NCBI GenBank assembly: GCA_046598045.1
Contig: JBKJJJ010000085.1
Coordinates: forward strand, 1 to 43,392
Length of the DNA stretch: 43,392 nt
DNA from: Candidatus Eiseniibacteriota bacterium
GTDB lineage: Bacteria; Eisenbacteria; RBG-16-71-46; DASYSL01
Reading direction: 5' to 3'
Position numbers and translations under genes: made by a program
Notes under the pieces: generated by a model
The model's input: the letters and a program-made list of their open reading frames with translations, nothing else
Database searches by the model: none
Told to the model about the DNA's origin: nothing
Part shown: positions 18,377 through 26,253 of the stretch, piece by piece
Position numbering within the stretch: position 1 is the first letter of the stretch
Layout of the letters: every line of letters starts with the position of its first letter

Positions 18377-19387
18377 CTACTCGGCGGCGGTTCCACCCCG
18401 GATCACGGTCACCATGTGGCCCGCGATCAGGCGCCGCGCCGACTCGTCGTCATGGGCGTCGAGGAGCACGAAATCGCTCTTGCCCACGTCCGGGAGCAGC
18501 AGGAGCTGCCGCCCGTTCCACAGGAGGTGCGCGAGCTCGATCTTCCCCGCGTGGCGCACCGCGTAGATCTCGTCCGCCAGGACCGGGCCGGGCTCGCGCG
18601 TGAACACCACGACGTCGCCGGGATGAAGCAGGCTGGCGAGGCGCGGGATCGACTCCGGGGTGACACGGTAGGCAAACGGCCGGACGAGCGTGCGCGTCAA
18701 CTGCGCGGCGGAGTCGAGGCGAACGGTCTCGAACGCGCCCGGCTCGGTCGTTTCGGCCCCTGGCATCGAGGCCGAGGCCGAGTCCGGGTCTTCTCCGGGG
18801 CTCAGGATCGGCACGCGGACTGCGAGCGGGCGCGCGAATCCCGCGAGCATCGACGGCTCGGGGGCCGAGCCGGTCTCCCGGGTCTCGTCGCGGGAGTCGT
18901 GGCCATCGGCTTGCTCGTGTGCGATCCAGCGGGCGCTGCTGTCCGCCTGCATTCCGCCGAGCAAACTCCGGCCGACCCAGCCCGCGAGCCGGGCGCTCGA
19001 TTCCTCGAAGCGGGAGAAACCCGGGTGGGTGAAGCGCGGGTCGTGCATCAGGGTCGGGTCGTTCATCAGGCGGGCGAGTTCGCGGCGCGCCGCCGCGGCG
19101 CGGGTGGGCTCCTTGCGGCGGCCGGTCAGGGCCCACAGCCGGAAGACGCCCTTCTCGTCGCCCAATTGCTCGGCCAGGCGCACGGCGAGCGACTCGTGCG
19201 GCGTCTTGGTCCCGGACTCGAGCTGCGAGATGTAGGACGCCGACGAGGAGGGAAGCCCGACGCGCGCGGCAAGATCCCGAATGGTCCAGCCCCGGGCCAG
19301 CCGAAGACCCCGCAGGTACTCGCCGAGGGAGCTTCCGGGAGGGGAGGAGGGGCGTCCGCGCCCGCGGTTGCCGTCATCGAGTCGCAT
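18377..19387 (-). CDS. XRE-family HTH regulator with C-terminal S24/LexA-like domain (apparently degenerate)
   Basis: LGEYLRGLRLARGWTIRDLAARVG...SYISQLESGTKTP is an HTH_3-like motif. The C-terminal FAYRVTPESI...LHPGDVVVF...YAVRHAGKIELAHL...LLLLP...IAGHMVTVIR follows the LexA/CI C-terminal pattern. Confidence 0.8.
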   Translation of the reverse strand: MRLDDGNRGRGRPSSPPGSSLGEYLRGLRLARGWTIRDLAARVGLPSSSASYISQLESGTKTPHESLAVRLAEQLGDEKGVFRLWALTGRRKEPTRAAAARRELARLMNDPTLMHDPRFTHPGFSRFEESSARLAGWVGRSLLGGMQADSSARWIAHEQADGHDSRDETRETGSAPEPSMLAGFARPLAVRVPILSPGEDPDSASASMPGAETTEPGAFETVRLDSAAQLTRTLVRPFAYRVTPESIPRLASLLHPGDVVVFTREPGPVLADEIYAVRHAGKIELAHLLWNGRQLLLLPDVGKSDFVLLDAHDDESARRLIAGHMVTVIRGGTAAE

Positions 19388-19419
19388 ACGGTCGGGAGCA
19401 TACCACAGGTCCGAATCTT

Positions 19420-19539
19420 TGTTCTTGACGGATGGTCACAAGATTGGATAGATTGCGGTTGTCCCCACAGATCCTCGCCTTGGACCGCCCCGTCGGCGGT
19501 GATTCCGTTTGCGCCAGCTGTGACCAATGACTGGTAACA
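19420..19539. promoter_or_regulatory. Promoter for the vWA gene with two 8-5-8 operator-like sites
   Basis: TTGACG (19425-30)-N18-TAGATT (19449-54). Site 1 is TGTTCTTG-acgga-TGGTCACA (19420-40); site 2 is TGTGACCA-atgac-TGGTAACA (19519-39). An AAAGGAG RBS follows. Confidence 0.6.
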
Positions 19540-19554
19540 ATAAAGGAGATTCCC

Positions 19555-20811
19555 ATGGAGTTGCTCGTTCGCAACAACCGCGGCCAAGCCTCGAGCGATG
19601 GCCGCGAAACCCACTACGTCGGCGTCTCGTTCCACGCGCCCAAGGTGGAGAACAAGAGGGAGCGCCTGCCGCTCAACCTCGCGCTCGTCCTCGATCGCTC
19701 GGGATCGATGGGCGGGCAGAAGCTCGTCCTCGCGATGCAGGCGATCTCGACCGGGCTCGACCTGCTGCGCGAGTCGGACCGCTTCGCCCTCGTCGTGTTC
19801 GATGAGAAGGTGGACGTCATCAAGCTCTCGGGGCAGGCGACCGACGCCGCGCGGCGCGAAGCGCTGACAGGGCTCAACCTGGTGTCGGCGCGGGGCTCGA
19901 CCGACCTTGCGGGCGGATGGACGACAGGCGCGGCCGAGTTGAAGTCGCACCGAGAGGGCCATCTCTCCCGCGTGATCGTGGCGACCGACGGCCTCGCCAA
20001 CCACGGCATGGTGAACCCCGCGGACTTTGCCCAGGTCGCCCGCGATCTGCAGAAGGACGGAATCGTCACCTCCACGATCGGGATCGGCACCGGATTCCAG
20101 GAGGAACTCCTGCGGGGCATGGCTGATCACGGGCGGGGTAATGCCTACTACGCGGAGGATCCGAAGCAGCTGCTCGACATCCTCGCCGGCGAACTGGGCG
20201 AGGCGCTCGAGGTCACCATGCGCAACGTGGTGATCGAGATCCGCATGCCCCGCGGCATGTCCGTGACCCTGGTCGACCGCCTCCCGGTGACCCCGCGAGG
20301 CGAGGGCGGGTTCGACGTGACGCTCGGCGACCTGACCTCCGGACAGCGCGTCGACCTCGTGTTCGAGGTGGTCCTGCCCGCCGGCCGCATCGGCGAAACG
20401 CTTGCGCTCCCGGTTGCGCTGCGCGAGGGGGCCGAGCAGGGGCTGATCGCGACCGGCGAAGCGCGCTGGACCTACGCCACGCCTGCCGAAGCTGCGGCCG
20501 CGCCGCGCGAATCCGGGTTCGAGGCGCAATCGGCGCGGAGACTGATCGCGCGCTCCGAGGAGGCCGCGCTCAATCTGAATCGCGCGGGCCGCTTCGACGA
20601 GGCACACCGCATCTACGAGGAGCTCCGCGTCAAGCTCGGCGCGCTCGATCCGGCGAACGAGGCTGTCCGGGCGTTCGAGGAGGACTTCCAGTCCGAGGTC
20701 GAACAGTTCTCCATGCCCATGGGCACGGTCGACATGAAGCGCCGCTACGCCGGCTCGGCGGGCCTCACCCGGGGACGCACGCTGAGCGGGACGGCAAGGA
20801 AGGATCCCTAG
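19555..20811 (+). CDS. von Willebrand factor A (vWA) domain protein
   Basis: PLNLALVLDRSGSM (MIDAS DxSxS), GSTDLAGG, VATDGLAN, TIGIGTGFQEELL..MA..GRGNAYY; strong RBS. Confidence 0.9.
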   Translation: MELLVRNNRGQASSDGRETHYVGVSFHAPKVENKRERLPLNLALVLDRSGSMGGQKLVLAMQAISTGLDLLRESDRFALVVFDEKVDVIKLSGQATDAARREALTGLNLVSARGSTDLAGGWTTGAAELKSHREGHLSRVIVATDGLANHGMVNPADFAQVARDLQKDGIVTSTIGIGTGFQEELLRGMADHGRGNAYYAEDPKQLLDILAGELGEALEVTMRNVVIEIRMPRGMSVTLVDRLPVTPRGEGGFDVTLGDLTSGQRVDLVFEVVLPAGRIGETLALPVALREGAEQGLIATGEARWTYATPAEAAAAPRESGFEAQSARRLIARSEEAALNLNRAGRFDEAHRIYEELRVKLGALDPANEAVRAFEEDFQSEVEQFSMPMGTVDMKRRYAGSAGLTRGRTLSGTARKDP

Positions 20812-20827
20812 TCCGTGACGCGTCCGA

Positions 20828-22081
20828 TCAGCGCGTCTCGCCCGGCGAAGGCCGCGTGAACGCGTTGATCGGGAGCGCGTCCCAAGGCTGCGCGCTGCGC
20901 GCGCGCTCGTAGCCCGCGCTCTCGAGACTCTCCATGAACGCGCGGTCGAGCAGCTTGTTCGCGGCCTTCCGCGTCGCGAACGAGTCCGGCGCCGCGGTGT
21001 AGTGCATCTCCATGGTGAGCCCGGAGACGCCCGTGCTCACGGCGTTCGACAACTCCCACAGCCTTGTCAGCGCGAACTGCTGGGCGTGGAAGTAAAGCAT
21101 CGCCGTGCCGCGATCGCGGATCGCGCGCACGCTGCGCTCGTTCGTCACCTGGACCGGCGGGTGGATCCACAGGTTGACCACGACCCACAGCCGCACGCGC
21201 ACCGGTTCCTTGAAGTGGTGCTCGCGCAGTTGCGCCCCCAGCGCGCGAAAATCCTCGAGGTCCGCCCCGAGCAGAAGGTTGGTCGTGATTCCGCCGTCGC
21301 TGTGCGCGTGGCCGTCGAGCACGACCGGCGGGAACGCGCCCGGGATTGCGCTCGTGGCAACCAACAGGCTGCGGAAGCGCGCGAGTCCCGCGGGCGTGCC
21401 ATCGAGCTCCCGGGAGATGTCCCAGATCCGCCCTGTGCCGACGTCGAGGTCGGCGGTCCCCACCAGCAGCGTGCGGTCCTGGTCGAACTCGCGCTTGAGC
21501 CGCACCGCAAAGGTCGAGTCGACGATCTGCGCGATCGTGGTCTCGAGCTTCGTGCGCTTGAGCACGCCGCCGGTGCCCTTGACGAAGAACAGCGGATCGA
21601 GTGACGGCTTGATGCGGTCCACCGCCGAGCGGTAGAGCTCGGAGGCGTAGGCCAGGGACGAATCGGTGCCGAGCAGCGCGAACGGCGCCTGCAGGGCCCC
21701 GGTGCTGATGCCGGTCACCACGTCGAATCGCGGCATCGGGTCGCCCGCGCGCGACTTCCACCCGCGCAGGAAGCCGGCGCCGTAGGCCCCGCCCTGCCCG
21801 CCGCCCGAGAGCACGAGGATGTCGAGCGTGCGATCGCCGCGCGCTTCGATGCGGCGCACGAGCCGGTCGAGCACGTCGGCACGCGCCATTTCCTCGTGGG
21901 ACCGCTGCCCGGCGGCGTCGGCGCTCAGCAGGGCCACGGAGGTGGGCGGGCGGTGCGCGGCGCATCCGGTCCCCAGGAGGGCGAGCGCGAGGGCGAGCGC
22001 GAGCGCAAGCGCGGGCAGCCGCGCGGAGGCGAGCGCGGGCAGCCGCGCGGCGGGGGCTCGGTGGGTCGTCGGTCGGGTCAA
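20828..22081 (-). CDS. Patatin-like phospholipase, probable lipoprotein
   Basis: LSGGGQGGAYGAG, GISTG (GxSxG), ATSAIPGAFPP and DGG motifs; signal ending LLGTGC; GGAGG RBS and TTG at 22081. Confidence 0.88.
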   Translation of the reverse strand: MTRPTTHRAPAARLPALASARLPALALALALALALLGTGCAAHRPPTSVALLSADAAGQRSHEEMARADVLDRLVRRIEARGDRTLDILVLSGGGQGGAYGAGFLRGWKSRAGDPMPRFDVVTGISTGALQAPFALLGTDSSLAYASELYRSAVDRIKPSLDPLFFVKGTGGVLKRTKLETTIAQIVDSTFAVRLKREFDQDRTLLVGTADLDVGTGRIWDISRELDGTPAGLARFRSLLVATSAIPGAFPPVVLDGHAHSDGGITTNLLLGADLEDFRALGAQLREHHFKEPVRVRLWVVVNLWIHPPVQVTNERSVRAIRDRGTAMLYFHAQQFALTRLWELSNAVSTGVSGLTMEMHYTAAPDSFATRKAANKLLDRAFMESLESAGYERARSAQPWDALPINAFTRPSPGETR

Positions 22082-22124
22082 GCAAGCCTCCAGGGGGCGC
22101 GGGGCATGGCAGCCCAGGATCGGA

Positions 22125-22188
22125 CGTCCGGACTGTACGTTTTGTACGTTTCGTACGCGTCCCCAAAAGTGGAGATGCTGCCCCGGCG
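22125..22188 (-). repeat. Dispersed GTAC-array element, copy B (inverted relative to A and C)
   Basis: Plus-strand CGTCCG/TGTACG/TGTACG/CGTACG at 22125, 22134, 22143 and 22152 (9-bp period). The reverse complement shares CCGGGG...CATCTCC...GGGG..CGTACGAAACG with copy C. Confidence 0.72.
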
Positions 22189-22330
22189 AACGCGGCGTTG
22201 CCGGACGGCCAGGCGCGCAAGCCGACGTCGAGGTCCCCCGTCGGATCAGGGCCTTGCGAACCCTGCCCGAAGCCAAGCATTTGGGGTATTTTCCGAGGAT
22301 GCCCCCGCTGCGTTCGTGCGTACGCACCCG

Positions 22331-23064
22331 ATGACCGCCCCGCCGCTTCGCCTGCTCGCCGTCCTCGCGCACCCGGACGACGAGACGCTCGGGATCGGCG
22401 GCACGCTCGCGCGCTGTGCCAAGGAGGGCGTCGAGACCTTCCTCGTCACCGCGACCCACGGGCAGAGCGGGCGCTACAAGGAGCACAAGCTCGGCGAGCC
22501 CGGCCACCCCGGGCGCGAGAAGCTCGCGGAGATCCGCGAGGCCGAGCTCCACGCCGCCGCGCGCGTGCTCGGGCTGCGCGAGGTGAACCTGCTCGGCTAC
22601 GTCGACGGCCAGCTCGATTCCGCCGACCCGCGCGAGGTGGTCGCCAAGATCACGGCGCACGTGCGGCGCATTCGTCCGCCGCCGCCGCGGGCCCTCCGCA
22701 TGCGGTCGCGAAGCTCTATTACATGGCGTGGCCTGCGGCCGCGATGGCGGCCTACCAGGAGGCGTTCAAGAAACTCACCTCGGTCGTCGACGGCGTGGAG
22801 CGCGAGGCGCACCCGTGGCTCGAGTGGCAGCTCTCCGCGCGCATCGACACGCGCGCGTACTGGCCGCAGGTGTGGAAGGCCGTGCAGTGCCATGACTCGC
22901 AGGTCGCGATCTACGCGAAGCTCGGCGCGCTCTCGCCCGAGAACCACGAGGGGTTGTGGGGGCGCGGCACGTACTACCGCGCATTCAGCACCGTCAACGG
23001 CTCGCGCGCGCTCGAGACCGACCTGTTCGAAGGTCTGCGCCCGTCCGCCGCAAAGATGGAGTAG
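22331..23064 (+). pseudogene. PIG-L/LmbE-family deacetylase disrupted by an internal deletion with frameshift near 22675-22690
   Basis: The N-half (LAVLAHPDDE...ATHGQSG...REAEL..AARVLG..EV.LLGYVDG...VRRIRP) is in one frame and the C-half (PPHAVAKLYYMAW...IDT..YWPQVWKAVQCHDSQ...ETDLFEGLR) is in another. The usual segment carrying the second HxDH motif is absent. Confidence 0.78.
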
Positions 23065-23107
23065 ATTCGCCCGCAGGCTTGCCGATCCCGCTCCCTGGAG
23101 GTGCCCG

Positions 23108-24049
23108 ATGTTCCGCTTCCGTTCCTGCGTTCACGCATTACTCGCGGCATGCGTACTGGTGCTGACCGCAGTCCCCGCGTTCGCGAACCCGGCCGCGCCG
23201 AGCGGCGCCGGCGCGACGTTCACCACGCCCGGCGGCGCGCGACTGTGGTACGAGGTGCGCGGCAGCGCCGCGGGCCGGCCCTTGATCATGGTCAACGGCG
23301 GCCCGGGCTTCGATCACACCTACGTGCTCTGCTCCGATGCCTGGGATGTGATCGCGCGCTCGCGCCGCGTCGTGTTCTACGACCAGCGCGGTAACGCCCG
23401 CTCGGGCGCGCTGCGCAGCGGGCAGACCTGCACGGTCGCCGACCAGATCGCCGATCTCGAGGCGCTGCGCGTGCGCCTGCGCGCGGAGAAGATCGACCTG
23501 CTCGGGCACTCGTGGGGCGGCTACCTCGTCATGGCCTACGCGGCGCGGCATCCCGAGCACGTCGCGCACCTGACGATCGTCGACTCGGCGTCGCCCAAGT
23601 GGACCGACACCGACTTCATCTTCAAGTACGTGTTCCCCGAGGGCGTGGAGCGGCAGGGGTCACTCGACTTCTTCGACGGACTGGGCGACAGCACGGCCGG
23701 CAAGGCGAGCTTGAACGAGTACCTGCGCATGCTGTTCGTCTCCGCGGAGAAGCGCGACGACTTCATGTCGCGCGCGGCGACGTACAAGTACACGCGCTCG
23801 GTCAACGAGGTGCTCAACGCGGACCTCGGCAAGTTGGACATGTGGCCCGCGCTCGCCGCGTTCTCCATGCCGACGCTGGTCGCCACGGGCCGCTACGACA
23901 TCAACGTCGCGCCGAGCACCGCGTGGAAGATCCACAAGGCGATCGCGGGCTCGCGCTGGGTCGTGTTCGAGAAGAGCGGACACCTGCCGTACTTCGAGGA
24001 GCCGGAGAAATTCGTGCAGGTGGTGAACGACTTCCTGGGGATGCCCTGA
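23108..24049 (+). CDS. Exported alpha/beta hydrolase (proline iminopeptidase-like)
   Basis: GGAG RBS; signal peptide (…VPAFA); NGGPG, YDQRG, GHSWGG nucleophile elbow, GRYD and SGHLPYFEEPE. Confidence 0.88.
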   Translation: MFRFRSCVHALLAACVLVLTAVPAFANPAAPSGAGATFTTPGGARLWYEVRGSAAGRPLIMVNGGPGFDHTYVLCSDAWDVIARSRRVVFYDQRGNARSGALRSGQTCTVADQIADLEALRVRLRAEKIDLLGHSWGGYLVMAYAARHPEHVAHLTIVDSASPKWTDTDFIFKYVFPEGVERQGSLDFFDGLGDSTAGKASLNEYLRMLFVSAEKRDDFMSRAATYKYTRSVNEVLNADLGKLDMWPALAAFSMPTLVATGRYDINVAPSTAWKIHKAIAGSRWVVFEKSGHLPYFEEPEKFVQVVNDFLGMP

Positions 24050-24057
24050 GGGGAATG

Positions 24058-24405
24058 CTAACGGGTGGGCTTGCGACTCGATTTTCTGGACGCCCCGACG
24101 TCCGGGCCTCGACTCGAGTCCTCGACGAGTCCAGGCGATTGCGAGCTCACGAGCGGATACTTCGCCGGATCCTCGATCGACTCGAGTGCCAGATCCACGT
24201 CGAGGTCCGGCCAGTGCAGGTGCCCAGGACTGCGTCGAATCACGTTGCGAACGGAGCGGGTGGGTGCTGCCCGGAACCAGGGGAAGAGCTTGTACGGCAG
24301 GAATCGCTCGCGATCGTCCACCAGGAGCCAGAGCCCCCGTGCTGTGACATGCGTGACTTCAGCGGTCAAAGTGAGTTTTCCACGCGGCACGGATCGAGGC
24401 CTCAT
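24058..24405 (-). CDS. DUF2442 domain protein (putative antitoxin); start may be GTG 24390
   Basis: EVTHVTARGLWLL...FLPYKLFPWF...LHWPDLDVDLALESIEDPAKYPL resembles DUF2442, and it lies directly downstream of DUF4160. Confidence 0.82.
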   Translation of the reverse strand: MRPRSVPRGKLTLTAEVTHVTARGLWLLVDDRERFLPYKLFPWFRAAPTRSVRNVIRRSPGHLHWPDLDVDLALESIEDPAKYPLVSSQSPGLVEDSSRGPDVGASRKSSRKPTR

Positions 24406-24598
24406 GCGTTCGGACCAGGCGAAGGGCGCGAGCCAGGTCGCGCCGGTTGAGGCCATGATTCTCTGCCAGCTCGATTTCTGGTTCCACCCAGAACTTTGCC
24501 TCTCCCGAAACCCCCTCGACATGAACGTGCACGCGGGACTCTTCCCGTGAGAAGAAGTAGAAGCGAAGATTGCCGGATCGGAAGATCGTCGGACTCAT
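24359..24598 (-). CDS. DUF4160 domain protein (putative toxin of a type II TA-like pair)
   Basis: MSPTIFR..NLRFYFFSREESRVHVHV....GEAKFWVEP.IELA.NHGL...IRAAWKTHF. Confidence 0.88.
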   Translation of the reverse strand: MSPTIFRSGNLRFYFFSREESRVHVHVEGVSGEAKFWVEPEIELAENHGLNRRDLARALRLVRTHEASIRAAWKTHFDR

Positions 24599-24667
24599 CC
24601 CGAAAGGCTAGACTCCCGAAGTGACAGAAGAGGCTTCTCCCCACCTCGCGAAAGGCTCCGTCCGTTC

Positions 24668-26161
24668 ATGACCGAGAAACGCAACGTCCCGCTCGCCCTC
24701 GACACCGAACAGTTCCGCGCGCTCGGCCATCGCCTGGTGGACACCATCGCCGAGCGCCTCGCGCAGGTCTCCGCCGGCCCCGTGACGCGCGGCGAGAACC
24801 CGGCGCAGGTCCGCGCCGCACTCGGCCTCGGCGGCCCGTTGCCCGAGCAGGGCGAAGACCCGGCCGCGCTGCTCGAGCGCACCGCGAAGCTGCTGTTCGA
24901 GCACTCCTTGTTCAACGGGCATCCGAAGTTCTTCGGCTACATCACGTCGTCGCCCGCGCCGATCGGCATGCTCGGCGACTTCCTCGCGGCCGCGGTCAAC
25001 CCCAACGTGGGCGGCTACTCCCTCTCGCCGGCGGCGACCGAGATCGAGGCTGAGACCGTGCGCTGGATCGCCGAGCTGATCGGCTATCCGACGAGCTGCG
25101 GCGGCCTGCTCGTCAGCGGCGGCAACATGGCGAACTTCGTGGGCTTCTTCGCCGCGCGCGTCGCGATGGCCGACTGGAAGATCCGCACCGAGGGCGCCGC
25201 CGCCGGCAAGCGGATGCGCGCGTACACCTCGGCCGAGACCCACACCTGGATCCAGAAGGCGGCCGACCTCTCGGGCATCGGGACCGACTCGGTGCGCTGG
25301 ATCAAGGCCGGCGCGGACCAGCGCATGGACCTCGCCGCGCTGCGCCGCGCGATCGCGGATGATCGCAAGGCCGGCGACATGCCCTTCCTTGTCATCGGCA
25401 CCGCGGGCTCGGTGAGCACGGGAGCGGTCGACGACCTGCCCGGCATCGCCGCGCTGTGCAAGGAGGAGAACCTGTGGTTCCACGTCGACGGCGCGTACGG
25501 CGGCTTTGCCGCGGCGCTGCCCGACGCGCCGCCCGACCTGCGCGGCCTCGCGCTCGCCGACTCGGTGGCGATCGATCCGCACAAGTGGCTCTACGCGCCG
25601 ATCGAGGCGGGTTGCGGCCTCGTGCGCGACCCGGCGCACCTGATCGCCGCGTTCGCCTACCGCCCGCCGTACTACCACCTCGACGACGCGCTCAACTTCG
25701 TGGAATACGGCATGCAGAACTCGCGCGGGTTCCGCGCGCTCAAGGTGTGGCTGCAGCTCAAGCAGGTCGGCGCGGCCGGCTACCGCCAGATGATCGGAGA
25801 CGACGTCCGCCTCGCGCGCGAGCTCGACGCGGCGGTGCGCCTCGTGCCCGAGCTCGAGCCGTTCACCTGCGCGCTCAGCATCGCGACTTTCCGCTTCGTG
25901 CCCGCGGACCTGCGCGCCGCGCTCACCGCGGGCGACGCGAGGACCGCCGAGTATGTGAACCGGCTCAACGAGACACTGCTCGTCCGCCTGCAGAAGGGCG
26001 GGGAGGTGTTCGTCTCCAACGCGGTGCTCGACGGGCGCTACGTGCTACGCGCGTGCATCGTGAACTTTCATACCGAGCGCGCCGACGTCGAGGCGTTGCC
26101 GGGGATCGTGGTGCGCAACGGGCACCTGGTGGATCGCGAGTTGCGCGCCGCGCACTTGTAA
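24668..26161 (+). CDS. Group II PLP-dependent decarboxylase (aromatic-amino-acid/glutamate decarboxylase-like)
   Basis: HPKFFGYI, SGGNMAN, GTAGSVSTGAVDD, HVDGAYGG, IDPHKWLY (PLP Lys) and SRGFRALKVW. Confidence 0.93.
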   Translation: MTEKRNVPLALDTEQFRALGHRLVDTIAERLAQVSAGPVTRGENPAQVRAALGLGGPLPEQGEDPAALLERTAKLLFEHSLFNGHPKFFGYITSSPAPIGMLGDFLAAAVNPNVGGYSLSPAATEIEAETVRWIAELIGYPTSCGGLLVSGGNMANFVGFFAARVAMADWKIRTEGAAAGKRMRAYTSAETHTWIQKAADLSGIGTDSVRWIKAGADQRMDLAALRRAIADDRKAGDMPFLVIGTAGSVSTGAVDDLPGIAALCKEENLWFHVDGAYGGFAAALPDAPPDLRGLALADSVAIDPHKWLYAPIEAGCGLVRDPAHLIAAFAYRPPYYHLDDALNFVEYGMQNSRGFRALKVWLQLKQVGAAGYRQMIGDDVRLARELDAAVRLVPELEPFTCALSIATFRFVPADLRAALTAGDARTAEYVNRLNETLLVRLQKGGEVFVSNAVLDGRYVLRACIVNFHTERADVEALPGIVVRNGHLVDRELRAAHL

Positions 26162-26227
26162 GGCCCCGGGGTGGGGCCCATCTCCGCAGGGGTTCGTACG
26201 AAACGGACAGAGCGTACGTTTCGTACC
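26156..26227 (+). repeat. Dispersed GTAC-array element, copy C
   Basis: TTGTAAgGCCCCGGG...TCTcCGCAGG, then CGTACG/CGGACA/CGTACG/CGTACC at 26195, 26204, 26213 and 26222. Contains the perfect inverted repeat GTACGAAACG/CGTTTCGTAC and lies between convergent genes. Confidence 0.8.
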
Positions 26228-26253
26228 CGCCACAAAGATCGTGGATCGCGCCC

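Noticed and set aside
18377..19387. CI-like repressor as evidence of a prophage
   Set aside because: No integrase, structural, replication or lysis genes occur in the window.
22317..22328. Palindrome GTGCGTACGCAC before the PIG-L start as a fourth element copy
   Set aside because: A single hexamer without the 9-bp array or flanking motif; it could be chance.
21896..24049. Genuine 717-aa deacetylase-hydrolase fusion
   Set aside because: The middle part is out-of-frame PIG-L sequence, and the hydrolase has its own RBS and signal peptide at 23108.
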